From positions 288,001-352,000 of the forward strand of contig CAWJKZ010000010.1 of NCBI GenBank assembly GCA_963843575.1: a stretch of DNA of 64,000 bases. The letters are read 5' to 3'. This DNA is from an uncultured Acidobacteriota bacterium. GTDB lineage: Bacteria; Acidobacteriota; UBA6911. Below are positions 53,890-64,000 of the stretch, piece after piece. The notes below the pieces were generated by a model. It was given only the letters and a program-made list of their open reading frames with translations. It did no database searches and was not told the origin of the DNA. The translations under genes were made by a program, and so were the position numbers. The stretch's first letter is position 1, and every line of letters begins with the position of its first letter.

Positions 53890-56115
53890 ATGCGCTACCG
53901 AGTCCTTCTCTTCACCGCGGCGGTATTTGCGCTCTCGCTGACGGTTTCGGCCGTGACACCTCAGTTCTGGGAGAATTTCACGCAGGAGGAACTGCTGAAG
54001 GGAACGCTCACCCGCGTCTCGCTCAACTGGGACGGGAAGCTGTTCCTGGCGCCCGCCTACGACCTCGTCTACGACACCAGCCAACCCTACGTTTTTTCCA
54101 TGGTGCGCGACAAGGCCGGAAATCTCTACGTCGGGACGGGACACGAGGGGAGGGTCTACAAGATTGACCCGCAGGGGAACGGCACGGTCTATTTCCAATC
54201 GAAAGAGCTCGACGTGTTCGCACTGGCGCTGGATCCCTCCGACGTGCTTTACGCCGGGACCTCGCCCGACGGGAAGGTGTACAAGGTCACGGGCCCGGAC
54301 CAGTCGTCGGAGTTCTGCGACCCCGACGACAAGTACATCTGGTCGATGTTGTTCGACGATTCCGGCAACCTTTACGTCGGCACAGGGGTACGCGGGATCG
54401 TGCTGAAGGTCGACCGCAGCGGCAAGAAGTCGACTTTCTACGACAGCGACGACAACCACATCGTGTCCCTGACCCGCCTCGGCGACGGCAGCCTGCTCGC
54501 CGGGACGTCGCCGGGCGGCCTCGTGCTCGAAATCAAACCGCAGGGCAAGGCGTTCACCCTGCTCGATAGCCCGATGGAGGAGATCCGGGCGCTCGCGGTC
54601 GACCGGTTCGGCACGATTTTCGCGCTCGCGTCGAGCGCCAAGGGCCTGACGGCGTCGACGCCGTCCAAGCCCGAGACCCCGATAGAAACCGTCGGCGGCG
54701 CCCTCCCGATCGTTACTATCCAGGCGCTTTCGGCCATGGCCGACAAATCGAAAGACGCCAAGGGGAGCGTCACGGCGCCGGGGGGAGAAAAAGATTCGGC
54801 TGGGGCGAAGTCGTCGATCTACGCGTTGTCCAAGGACGGTAGCGTCGAGACGATATACGCTTCCAGGGACAGCATGCTCTTCGACATCCTGGCTCGCAAC
54901 GACGGGTCCCTGGTCGTGGCGACGGGGAGCAAGGGCCGCCTGCTGTCCATCGATTCCGCTAAACAGGTCAGCGTGATCACGGACTCACCCGAAGAGCAGA
55001 TCACGCGCCTCGTCGCTGCCGCCGATACCCTGTGGGTAGCGGGGAGCAACCAGGGAAGAGTCTACCGGCTGCAGGCGCAGCGCGCCCAAACGGGCACGTT
55101 TGAATCCAGGGCCATGGACGCCAAGGCGGTCGCGACCTGGGGCAAGATCTCCTGGCGCGCCGGCGCCGGTTCCGGCGGAGCCGTTGAGATATCCACACGC
55201 AGCGGCAACACCGACAAACCCAATAGCTCCTGGAGTGACTGGAGCGCCCCCTACACCGCGGCGGCTGGTCAGGATATCGTCAGCCCGAAAGCGCGCTATC
55301 TGCAGTGGCGCGCAAGCTTCAAGCGCGGTTCGACGCCCGCTGCCTACGACGCGCTCGAGCGGGTGCAGATCGCCTATCTCCAACAGAACCTCAGGCCGCA
55401 GGTCGTCAGCATCACACCGCTCCCATACGGGGTGGCGCTGCAAAAAACCCCTTCACTGCAGACCGGAACCTTGAACCTCTCCCCCTCCTCGACCGAATCC
55501 GCCTCGCTCAACGCTCCCAGGGAGCGTGGCAAGGAGCGGCAGCCGCTCTCCCCGCGGCAGGTGCTGCAGCCGGGAGCCCAGTCGTTTACCTGGAAAGCCA
55601 GTGACGACAACGAGGACGATCTGGTCTACTCCCTCTATTTCCGCGGCGACGGCGAGACGGACTGGAAGCTGCTCGAAAAGCGGATCACCGACACGTTCTA
55701 CACCCTCGACGGCGCGGCGCTTCCCGACGGGGTGTACACGCTCAAGGTCGTGGCCAGCGACGCGGAGTCCAACCCATACGGGAAATTCCTGATCGGAGAA
55801 CTCATCTCGAAGCCCTTCGTCATCAGCAACTCGACCCCGCTCGTCGAGGTGTCCGGAAACAAGGTCCAGGGTAAACGGGTGGAGGCGCAGTTCCGTTCGC
55901 GTGTCGCCACCGGGAGGATCGCAACTGCGGAGTTCTCCGTCGACGGCGGCGAGTGGTTTCTGGTATTCCCCACGGACGGGATCGCGGATTCCGCCCAGGA
56001 GGATTTCCAGATCCAGACGGCGGAGCTTGCCCCGGGCGAGCACATCATAGGCGTGCGCTCCAGCGACGCCAACGGGAACACCGGGACGGCGAAGATAGTC
56101 GTCAAGATCCCATGA
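53890..56115 (+). CDS. Exported beta-propeller + FN3/Ig-like hypothetical protein
   Basis: Repeats of LY(V/A)GT..G.VYK; TRSGNT..P..WS.WS; SPKARYLQWR; DGVYTLKVVASD. Confidence 0.75.
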   Translation: MRYRVLLFTAAVFALSLTVSAVTPQFWENFTQEELLKGTLTRVSLNWDGKLFLAPAYDLVYDTSQPYVFSMVRDKAGNLYVGTGHEGRVYKIDPQGNGTVYFQSKELDVFALALDPSDVLYAGTSPDGKVYKVTGPDQSSEFCDPDDKYIWSMLFDDSGNLYVGTGVRGIVLKVDRSGKKSTFYDSDDNHIVSLTRLGDGSLLAGTSPGGLVLEIKPQGKAFTLLDSPMEEIRALAVDRFGTIFALASSAKGLTASTPSKPETPIETVGGALPIVTIQALSAMADKSKDAKGSVTAPGGEKDSAGAKSSIYALSKDGSVETIYASRDSMLFDILARNDGSLVVATGSKGRLLSIDSAKQVSVITDSPEEQITRLVAAADTLWVAGSNQGRVYRLQAQRAQTGTFESRAMDAKAVATWGKISWRAGAGSGGAVEISTRSGNTDKPNSSWSDWSAPYTAAAGQDIVSPKARYLQWRASFKRGSTPAAYDALERVQIAYLQQNLRPQVVSITPLPYGVALQKTPSLQTGTLNLSPSSTESASLNAPRERGKERQPLSPRQVLQPGAQSFTWKASDDNEDDLVYSLYFRGDGETDWKLLEKRITDTFYTLDGAALPDGVYTLKVVASDAESNPYGKFLIGELISKPFVISNSTPLVEVSGNKVQGKRVEAQFRSRVATGRIATAEFSVDGGEWFLVFPTDGIADSAQEDFQIQTAELAPGEHIIGVRSSDANGNTGTAKIVVKIP

Positions 56116-56141
56116 GGACGTTCCCGTAAACACCCAAGTGG

Positions 56142-56358
56142 GTCCGGGCTTCAGAGGCTGTCCAACGGTTGACGTTCAATCCGGACGAACTCGGCGCCGC
56201 TTTCACTCGTCCTACGGCGGGAATGCTCGGCGCCACGCCGAATTGCGACATGCGACCCTGCGATCTCGGCCTTTGGTGGCGCCGAGGCGCCGCCACCAAA
56301 GCGGCGTCGAGCCGCCGCACTTCACAATCAACCGTTGGACAGCCTCTGAAGCCGGGAC
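56142..56358. mobile_element. MITE-like element with 31-bp terminal inverted repeats enclosing REP sequence, copy 5
   Basis: GTCCGGGCTTCAGAGGCTGTCCAACGGTTGA ... TCAACCGTTGGACAGCCTCTGAAGCCGGGAC (30/31 match). Confidence 0.75.
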
Positions 56359-57077
56359 GCCCGCAGGACGCGGACTTCGGCCGCGGTAAGTTCACGCATC
56401 TGCCCGACCTGCAGCCCGGCGAGCGTGATCGGCCCGATGCCCGTCCGGACGAGCTTCCGCACAGAGAAGCCGACTGCTTCCATCATGCGCCTCACCTCCC
56501 TGTTCTTTCCTTCGCAGAGAACCACTTCGAGCACGCTGCTGCGCCCGCGATCCTCGACGCGGCGCACGCTCCGCGGCAGCGCCGCGTCTCCCCGCTTCAT
56601 GCGGACGCCCGCTTGCAGGCGGCTCAGCGTTTCGTCGCCGATTATTCCATTAAGCTTGACCAGGTAGGTCTTGGGCACCTGCGACGCCGGGCTGGTGACG
56701 AGGTTCGCGAACCCGGTGTCGTTGGTCAGCAGCAGCAGGCCCGACGTGTCCTTGTCCAGGCGCCCCACGGGTGAAACCCACCGGTGGCGCGAGCCCAGGC
56801 AGTCGTACACGGTCCTTCGCCCTTCGGGGTCCCCGTGGCTCGTGATCACCCCCTTGGGCTTGTACAGGACCAGGTAGACGCTCCGGACCCTGCGCAGCTT
56901 GTCGCCGTCCAGGTGGATCACGTCTTTTCCGGGCGTAACCCAGAAGCCCGGGTCACGCACCACGCGGCCGTTGACCTTCAGGCGGCCGGCCGCGATGGCC
57001 TGCTGCGCCTCGGTTCGGGAGGCGATGCCGAACGTCGAGAGCACGCGGTCGAGGGTCATGACGGTCTTGCGTCGCAT
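56328..57077 (-). CDS. RsuA/RluB family pseudouridine synthase
   Basis: S4 domain, YKPKG, VGRLDKDTSGLLLLTND, EGKNREVRRM. Confidence 0.93.
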   Translation of the reverse strand: MRRKTVMTLDRVLSTFGIASRTEAQQAIAAGRLKVNGRVVRDPGFWVTPGKDVIHLDGDKLRRVRSVYLVLYKPKGVITSHGDPEGRRTVYDCLGSRHRWVSPVGRLDKDTSGLLLLTNDTGFANLVTSPASQVPKTYLVKLNGIIGDETLSRLQAGVRMKRGDAALPRSVRRVEDRGRSSVLEVVLCEGKNREVRRMMEAVGFSVRKLVRTGIGPITLAGLQVGQMRELTAAEVRVLRASRLQRLSNG

Positions 57078-57231
57078 GCACTACATTTACCACATACTGC
57101 GCGACGCGGGACGGGAGCCATGGATGCAATGGCGCTGCTGGTATCCGAGGAATCCGGGGAAAGGACTGTTTGCACTCGGAGGAATCTGCGGAAGGGCTCG
57201 CGGCTTTACTGCAGAAAAGGACAGCGCGTTT

Positions 57232-57268
57232 CGGGGTCAGGTCCTGACCATTGCAGGACCTGACCCCG
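57232..57268. repeat. Perfect 15-bp hairpin (REP-like/terminator)
   Basis: CGGGGTCAGGTCCTG-ACCATTG-CAGGACCTGACCCCG just after TonB receptor stop. Confidence 0.75.
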
Positions 57269-57275
57269 CGTGTGG

Positions 57276-60110
57276 CTAGAACTGGAATCGGAGGGCGAGC
57301 TGCACCTGGCGCTCGCGGTACAACGTGCCGCCAGCCTCGGTGACCGTCCCAAACGTGCTGTTGTAGTTCAGGACTGTCCCGCTCAGCGTGTAGAGCGTTG
57401 TGTTGAGACCGGTGATCTGGGTTCGGTTGAAAATATTGAAGGCTTCGACGAAAAACTCCACGTTCATTCGTTCCCGGATATAAACGCGGCGCGACAGCCG
57501 CATGTCCAGGTTGACGACCCTCGGGCCCGAGAAGGCGTTACGCTCGGTCAGCGGGAAGCGGTTGGCGCCGCCGGACCGGTTGAGGCTGCCCGCCCCGGTG
57601 CCGGTGCCGACGGTGGAGTTGCCGCTGAAGCTCCCCGAAACGAATCCGTTGTACGGGATGCCGGTCCAGAACTGCAGGATCGGCGACAGGGTCCAGCCGT
57701 CGAGCGCGGCCTTGAGGGTCGTGTTGTCGACCTTGACCCGCGGGGAGTAGACGGCGTTGGCCACGAACTTGTGGCGCCGGTCGAAATTCGAACGGCCGTT
57801 CTCACCCTTGATGTCGAAGGCGTTGTAAGGGACGTTGTTCGTGGTGAAGGTCTGGGACGTCTGACCGGTGTCCTCGGCCTTGGCGAGCGTGTAGCTGAGC
57901 CCGAACTGCAGCCCGCTCGAGAAGCGTCGGTCCGCTTGCAGCACGAGGCCGTGATAGGTCGAGTTGACGATGCTCTCGATGGAGGTCAGCTGGCTGAAGG
58001 AGGTGTTCGGGCGCGTCGCCGAGAAAACCGGGATGCTCACGGACTGGCCGTTATAGGGCCCGCCGACGACCGTGAAGGTCTGGTTCATGGTCGGAGCGTA
58101 GAGGTTCCGATCGATAAAGGTTGGCAGCCTGCGGCCGAGGCTCAGCAGATAGGAGACCGACACGGTCGTGTTTGCCACGATCTCCCGCTGGAAGCTAAGA
58201 TCCGCCTGGTGGATCAAGGGGTTCTTGAAGTCCGGCGAGAAGAACTGGATGGCCCCGGTGCCGGCCGGCGCCGAGGAGAGCACGTTCGGGAAAATCGGGG
58301 CCGACGAGGAAGTCGGCGCGACGCTGACCTGGAACTGGCCGCCGGTGGCGCCCGTGTTAACCAGCGCGTTGTAGATCGTAGAATTGATAATGCGTCCGAA
58401 GTAGATCCCGTAGCCGCCGCGCAGCGAAGTCTTCGCGTCACCCGTGAGGTCAAGCGAGAATCCGGCGCGAGGGCCGAAATTCGTTTTGTTGTCGGGCAGC
58501 TGCGAGGTCGCCCGGTCGAGCGTGAGGTTCAGGTTGGGGATCACGGTCGCGGTCGGGTAGGGGTTCTGCGCCTCCGGCATGCTCTCGTATTCGTACCGGA
58601 GTCCGAGATTGACCATCAGGCGCGGCCGCACGCGCCAGTCGTACTGGGCAAACAGATTGTAGTCGTTGGTCGCCAGTTTGGCGCCCAGCGGGCCAAATCC
58701 CTGGAGGAAGTTGCTCGTGTAGCACTTGCCGCGGAAACGCGACGTGTTGTTGACGCAGTTCACGGTCGAGGGGAGCCCGACCTTCCAGTTGGTGTAGTCG
58801 ATGATGAAATCGTTGATGTTGCTGTAGGTGAAGGCGCCGCTCTCATAGCGCAGGTTGCTCAGATCGTTGGTGACGTGGTTGATGTCGAACCCGAACTTGA
58901 GGACGTTGCCGCCGATGTTCCAGCTCACGTTGTCGGTGTACTGGTAGCGGCGCTCGTCCGGGTACTTCGCGCGTTCCAGGAAGTCGGGCTTGCCGAAGTT
59001 GAAGCCGTTGGTCAGCTGGACGAGGGGAGCGGTCCCGTTGACGGCGGTTCTCGGCTCGCCGGTCGCGGGCGGCTGGCTCTGCTGGTATTCGAAGTCGCGC
59101 GCGATCTGGACGCGGAACTCGTTGACCAGCCTTGGGCTGATGGTCGAGACGAGGCGCGCGGTGCCCCAGTCGATCTTCACGAAGTCGTTGCCGAAGCTGT
59201 GATTCCCGTAGGTGTTGGTCGCCTGCGTCTGGATGCCGGCAGGCGATTCCCAGCGCAATCGGTTGTAGTTGATCGTGAAGAGGTGGTTCGAGTTGATCTG
59301 CCAGTCGATCTTGGGCAGGATCAGACGCTGGTCGCCGCGGCGCGGCACGGTGCCGGACAGCGAGTTAAGGAAGCCGACGGCATCGCTGATATTCTGATCG
59401 GTCAGGCCCCTGGAGGCGGCCTGGAGCGCGGTCTTGTTCACCGTGTTGAGGTAGTCGGGGTTCGTGAAGATGCCCAGGCCGGGGAAATTTCGCTTCTGCT
59501 GGTCGTAGCTGAAAAAGAAGAAGACCTTGTCCTTGACGATCGGACCGCCGACGGCGCCGCCAAACTGGTGTCGAACGTCGTCGGGCTTGATCCCGACCCG
59601 CGTTGCCACGCCGTCCTTGAGCACCGACTGGAAGGCGAGGGGGTTGCGCGCACCCCAGCTGTTGTTGCGCTGATAGTAAAAGAGGTCACCGTGCACCTCG
59701 TTGGTGCCGCTCTTGGTGACCGCGTTGGTGACGCCGCCCGCCGCTCGCCCGTACTCAGCGGAGTAGTTCGAGGTGTTGACCTGGAACTCCCGGATGGCGG
59801 ACTGGCTGATCGAATAGCTGATGCGCGTCCGGCCGCGTTCCTCGGAGAAGAACGCCTGGTTGTTGTCGCCGCCGTCCACCGTGTTGTTGTTGAGCAGCCC
59901 CGAAATGCCCCGGAAGCTGATCAGACCGAAGCTGCCGTCCGGCACGGAACCGGCCGCGAGAATCGCGAAATTCGACCAGCGCCGGCCGTTGATCGGCAGT
60001 TCGTTGATCGCGGTCTGGTTGATGTTGGAGGAAAAATCAGGCGTCTCGGTGTTGACGGTCGAAGCGACCGAACTGATCTCGACGACCGCCGCAGAATCGG
60101 GGGTCCCGAG
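57276..60110 (-). pseudogene. Oar-like TonB-dependent receptor lacking signal peptide and N-terminal domain
   Basis: Open frame starts after TGA at 60111-60113 with VVEISSV...INELPINGRRWSNF; plug TKSGTN; ends QLALRFQF. Confidence 0.75.
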
Positions 60111-60273
60111 TCAAGAAATCGCTGCAGCCCGCGATGCAGTTGCGGCGCCGAAATCCAAGGCCGGAACCACAAGACCCTCCACTGGGGGATATAGCCCATG
60201 ACGGGGCTTACCCCCGCACCATCCGGGGCGGAATGACGCGACATGTTCGGGCGAACGGTTCTATGATGAGATG

Positions 60274-60306
60274 CGGTTAGCAGGCGGAGGCGCCTGCTAA
60301 CCTTTT
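60274..60306 (+). terminator. Hairpin with T-run
   Basis: GGTTAGCAGGCG-GAGG-CGCCTGCTAACC then CTTTT. Confidence 0.55.
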
Positions 60307-60394
60307 GCGGTACCCGGGATTTTCCCGGGCAACCGGTACGATCCCGAAATTTTCCTTAATGTAACGCCTGTTTATGCGGTAATTTCGTCGCGCA

Positions 60395-60410
60395 TGGCGC
60401 GACGGTTGCA
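60395..60410 (+). promoter_or_regulatory. sigma54 (-24/-12) promoter
   Basis: TGGCGC-GACGG-TTGCA upstream of the cytochrome gene. Confidence 0.7.
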
Positions 60411-60544
60411 TGGTGTTGCTGTTTGCCCTGCCCGCGCTGCGAACTCGTCCGTCTCAGGGTCCGGGATCCGGGAGAATCTGGGGCGCCGCGCCGTGCGAGT
60501 TCGCTGGTAGTCGGGCGAGGCAGGAAGCCACAAAAAGGAAAAGC

Positions 60545-62738
60545 ATGAACCGCGCGTTTGCCAACCGAGCAGCAAAGGTGCTGTCGCATCGACCTGTGAG
60601 AACCGGCCTCAGGCTCCTGTTCGCGCTCTCTGTGGCCGCGTTGGTGCCGGCCGCAGCCCAGGCGCAGAAGGCCGAGGAGTGCCTCGCCTGCCACGGCGAC
60701 CGGACGCTCACGATGCAGAAGGGTGGACGGATCGTGTCGCTTTTCGTGGACAAGGCCCGGCTGCAGCAGTCCTCTCACGCATCGGTGGATTGTGTCGACT
60801 GCCACCAGGGGATCAAAGCCTCCGAGGTGCCCCACGCCAGGGTCGTGCCTTCGGTCGATTGCCAGCCCTGCCACGACATCGGCGGCTTCGAAAAGAGCGT
60901 GCACGGGAAATCGCAGTCCGTCCCGTCCGGCAGGAATCAGCGACCCGTCGTGGCCGCCGCGTGCAAGGAGTGCCACGGCACCCACGACGTGCTGTCGCCG
61001 AAGGACCCGAAATCCCGCACCAACCCGGCGCACATCACGAACACGTGCGGGAAGTGCCACGCGGACGAAGACACCCGTTTTTCCGGCTCCGCTCACGGGA
61101 TTGCACTCAAGCAGGGGGTCAAAGGCGCGCCGAGCTGCATCGACTGCCACGGCGAACACAACGTGGAACCGGTGCTGTCGAAGGAATCCCCCGTCTACAA
61201 GACGCGCGAAGCCAAGGTCTGCCTCAACTGCCACCTGAACAACCCCGACGTGCGCGGTCGTGTCGGTCCTTCGGCGGGATTTATCGAGGCCTACGAATCG
61301 AGCGTGCACGGCGTGGCGCTGGCGTCCGGAAACGAGAAGGCGGCGACCTGCAGCGACTGTCATGGCGCGCACGACATGAGGAAGTCGAGCGACACGGCTT
61401 CGAAAGTAAACAAGTGGAAAATCCCGGGGACCTGCGGTCAGTGCCACAGTGACATCGCGGGCGTGTACAGCAGCAGCATTCACGGGACGGCCCTGCAGCG
61501 GGGCAACAACGACGCACCGTCGTGTACCGACTGCCACGGCGAGCATCAGATCTTCTCCCCGAAAGACCCGCGCTCGCGCGTGGCGCCCAAAAACGTCTCG
61601 GCCCAGGTTTGCGCCACCTGCCACAACTCGGTCCAGCTCAGCGCGAAATACGGCATCCCGAACGAGCGGTTCCGCACCTTCGCCGACAGCTATCACGGGC
61701 TGGCTTCCCGCGGCGGTTCCGTCGAGGTCGCCAACTGCGCCAGCTGCCACGGCGTGCACAATATCAAGCCTTCGACGGATCCCAGCTCGACCATCAGCAA
61801 AGCCAACCTGGCCAACACCTGCGGACAGTGCCACCCGGGCGCGAGCGAGAACTTCACCAAGGGTGCGGTGCACGTCGTTCTCGCCAAGGAGAGCGACGCA
61901 ATCCTCTACTGGATCCGGACCTTTTACATCGGGCTGATCGTCGTGACGATCGGCGGCATGATCCTGCACAACGTCTTCGATTTCGTGAAGAAATCGAAGC
62001 AGCACATCGCCGTGCGCGCCGGCCTCCTCCCCCAACCCCGCCACGGCGGCGCCCAGTTCGTCCGGATGACGCTCAACGAGCGCCTGCAGCACGCCACCAT
62101 GTTCAGCAGCTTCATCGTGCTGGTCATCACCGGCTTTATGCTGAGATACCCCGATTCGTGGTGGGTCATCCCGATCCGGCAGATTGAGCGAGAAGGCGTT
62201 CGAGGTGCGCAGTCTTGCCCACAGGACGGCCGGTCTCGCGATGGTGGCAGTCAGCCTGTACCACCTCTGTTACCTGGCCATATCCCCGCGGGGACGGCAA
62301 TTGGTGCGCGACCTGTTCCCGAACTGGAAGGACGGACGGGACGTACTGCAAGTGATCCTGTTCAACCTGGGCCTGGCGAAGTCTCGACCCCTCTTCCACC
62401 GCTTCGCATACATGGAAAAGGCCGAGTACTGGTCACTGGTCTGGGGCGTCGTCGTCATGGCCGGCACCGGTTTCATCATGTGGTTCGACAACTTCTTCAT
62501 CAACCTCTTCACCAAGCTCGGCTGGGACATCGCACGGACCATCCACTTTTATGAAGCGGTGCTCGCGACGCTGGCCATCATCGTGTGGCACTTCTACTTC
62601 GTGATCTTTAGCCCTTCCGTCTACCCCATGAGCACGGCGTGGCTCACCGGAAAGATCACCGAGGAGGAAATGGAGGAGGAGCACCCGCTGGAACTCGAAG
62701 AGATCCGGTCGCGGGAGGAGGAGGAGCAGGAGGGGTAG
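60545..62738 (+). CDS. Multiheme cytochrome c (13 CxxCH) fused to cytochrome b (CbcL-like); frameshift near 62185
   Basis: 13 CxxCH counted; then TM helices with ERLQH, AHR, EKAEYW, IHFYEA, VWHFY. Confidence 0.9.
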
Positions 62739-62752
62739 CACGCCGCTAGCGG

Positions 62753-62996
62753 GTCCGGGCTTCAGCCCGGACGTCTTTTGATCTGATCTATTTGGCGACG
62801 GCCGCACGTTACAGCGACCGCAAACAGCGTCCGGACGAAAGAGGCTGTCCAACGGTTGATTGAGGAGTGCGGCGGCTCGGCGCCACCAAAGGCCGAGGTC
62901 GCAGGGTCGCAGCCGCAATTCGGCAGGGCGCCGAGGCGCCGGGTATTTCGGGCGCAGGACACAACTGGAAAGCGGCGCCGAGGCTGCCGCACTCCA
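62753..62996. repeat. Composite REP/MITE element, copy 6
   Basis: GTCCGGGCTTCAGCCCGGAC palindrome, AGAGGCTGTCCAACGGTTGATTG arm, GGAGTGCGGCGGC ... GCCGCACTCCA. Confidence 0.8.
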
Positions 62997-62998
62997 CA

Positions 62999-63781
62999 TT
63001 AGTCGTAGACGGAAATCTTGCTGAAGGTCATGACCAGGTGGGCGTCGACCGCACGGCCGTTCAGGCTGGCGGGGCGGTACCGGGCCGTCTGGATCATGCT
63101 GTTGAACTCCGACAGCAGGGTGCTGTCGGCCGGGTACTCGAGCACGTCCTGGATTTTCGCCGCGCCGCTGCGGTCCACGACGGCCACTACCGAGAAGGTG
63201 TCATCGTGGCCAGCGCGTGAAGCCGTCTGCCCGAAATTCAGCAGGTAAAGGTCGTTGATCCGGGGCTCGCTTGGGCTGATCGGTCTCCGCTGCGCTTCGA
63301 CGGGCATGAGCCCGAGGTTTTTCAGGACGCCCCAGCCCAGCTGCTGCCGCACATTCGGAGGGGGCCCGCCCCGGTCGTGCGACGAGGGGCCCAGCTGCAG
63401 GTAGAGCGGGCTCATCGCCGCCGTCGAAATCAGCAGGAAAAGCACGCAAGTGGCGACCGTCCCGGCAATCCGCGTCAGGAACCACATGCTCTCGGTCGTC
63501 TTGATCTTCGACCAACGATACTCCCACTCTTCGCGCAGCCACACACGCCAGCTGTCCTGCCGGGCGTTCTCCAGACGGAGCTGCACGAGGTGTCGCAGAT
63601 AAGGGGGTGCCGGCACACTCCCCAAGGCACTCAGCTTCTCTCTCAGCAGGAGCAATCGGTCGAGTTGGCGCCGACAGGACGCGCACACGTTCAGGTGATC
63701 CGCCACCTGAACGGCCCTTTCCGTGTCGAGCATCTCATCGAGATAGGACGAGAGCTCGAGTAAGGCTTGTCTGCATTTCAT
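62999..63781 (-). CDS. zf-HC2 anti-sigma factor with TM and TonB-C-like periplasmic domain
   Basis: MKC...LSSYLD...HLNVCASC; TM; VVDRSG...YRPASLNGRAV. Confidence 0.8.
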   Translation of the reverse strand: MKCRQALLELSSYLDEMLDTERAVQVADHLNVCASCRRQLDRLLLLREKLSALGSVPAPPYLRHLVQLRLENARQDSWRVWLREEWEYRWSKIKTTESMWFLTRIAGTVATCVLFLLISTAAMSPLYLQLGPSSHDRGGPPPNVRQQLGWGVLKNLGLMPVEAQRRPISPSEPRINDLYLLNFGQTASRAGHDDTFSVVAVVDRSGAAKIQDVLEYPADSTLLSEFNSMIQTARYRPASLNGRAVDAHLVMTFSKISVYD

Positions 63782-63812
63782 TGCTCCCCCTCCAAACGAC
63801 ATCCGGACACGG

Positions 63813-64000
63813 TCAGCCGAGCGTCCCGTTCAGCCGCCTCTTCAGTTCCTCGCGCCCGCGGGCTATGCGCGACTTCACCGTACCAAGGGATACGTGCATC
63901 GATTCGGCAATCTCCTCGTAGGACAATCCCTCGATGTCCCTCATCACTACGGCGATCCGTTGCTGAACCGGCAGCTTCAACAGCGACTGCTCGATCTGCG
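63813..64000 (-). CDS. ECF sigma factor (C-terminal part, runs off window)
   Basis: LPVQQRIAVVMRDIEGLSYEEIA...GTVKSRIARGREEL. Confidence 0.92.
   Translation of the reverse strand, partial: QIEQSLLKLPVQQRIAVVMRDIEGLSYEEIAESMHVSLGTVKSRIARGREELKRRLNGTLG

Noticed and set aside
57270-60194. Very long antisense ORFs (also 41874-44039, 6351-8330, 34075-35820)
   Set aside because: Shadow frames of high-GC coding genes with no recognisable motifs

Overview
High-GC bacterial chromosome segment. Gene content (Oar-like TonB receptors, SpoIVB-S55 pair, zf-HC2 anti-sigma) resembles Acidobacteriota. Many single-base frameshifts, even in smc, point to an unpolished long-read assembly. From left to right: (1) 0-18.3 kb, a sugar-utilisation locus with a URO-D-like protein, an exported PIG-L deacetylase, a TonB receptor present as one full copy, one diverged headless copy and one 3' remnant, DUF1080, GH109, DUF5916, two TIM-barrel isomerases, a Gfo/Idh/MocA enzyme and a DeoR/AgaR-type regulator. 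(2) 18.7-30.4 kb, an accessory patch ending at tRNA-Cys, with an ECF/anti-sigma/STN module, vapBC with an amber-interrupted toxin, a B12 radical SAM enzyme, a sigma54 OMP-M28-OMP unit and kinase remnants. (3) A DUF2760 + Hsp70 + Hsp70-DUF3731 operon bracketed by divergent tRNA-Cys and tRNA-Gly. (4) A core block: yraN, cysS, arnT-like, groESL with CIRCE, cvpA, purC, smc, mobA, S55 peptidase, pseudouridine synthase. (5) A second headless TonB receptor, a sigma54-driven 13-heme CbcL-like cytochrome and an ECF/anti-sigma pair. Best candidates for undescribed systems are the self-contained atypical Hsp70 machine, whose DUF2760 partner looks like a divergent GrpE, and the TonB receptor with a loop-diversified silent cassette. 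Tandem NrdR-like boxes upstream of smc-purC and a composite REP/MITE family are also notable. All family calls are by eye from motifs; no database search was run.
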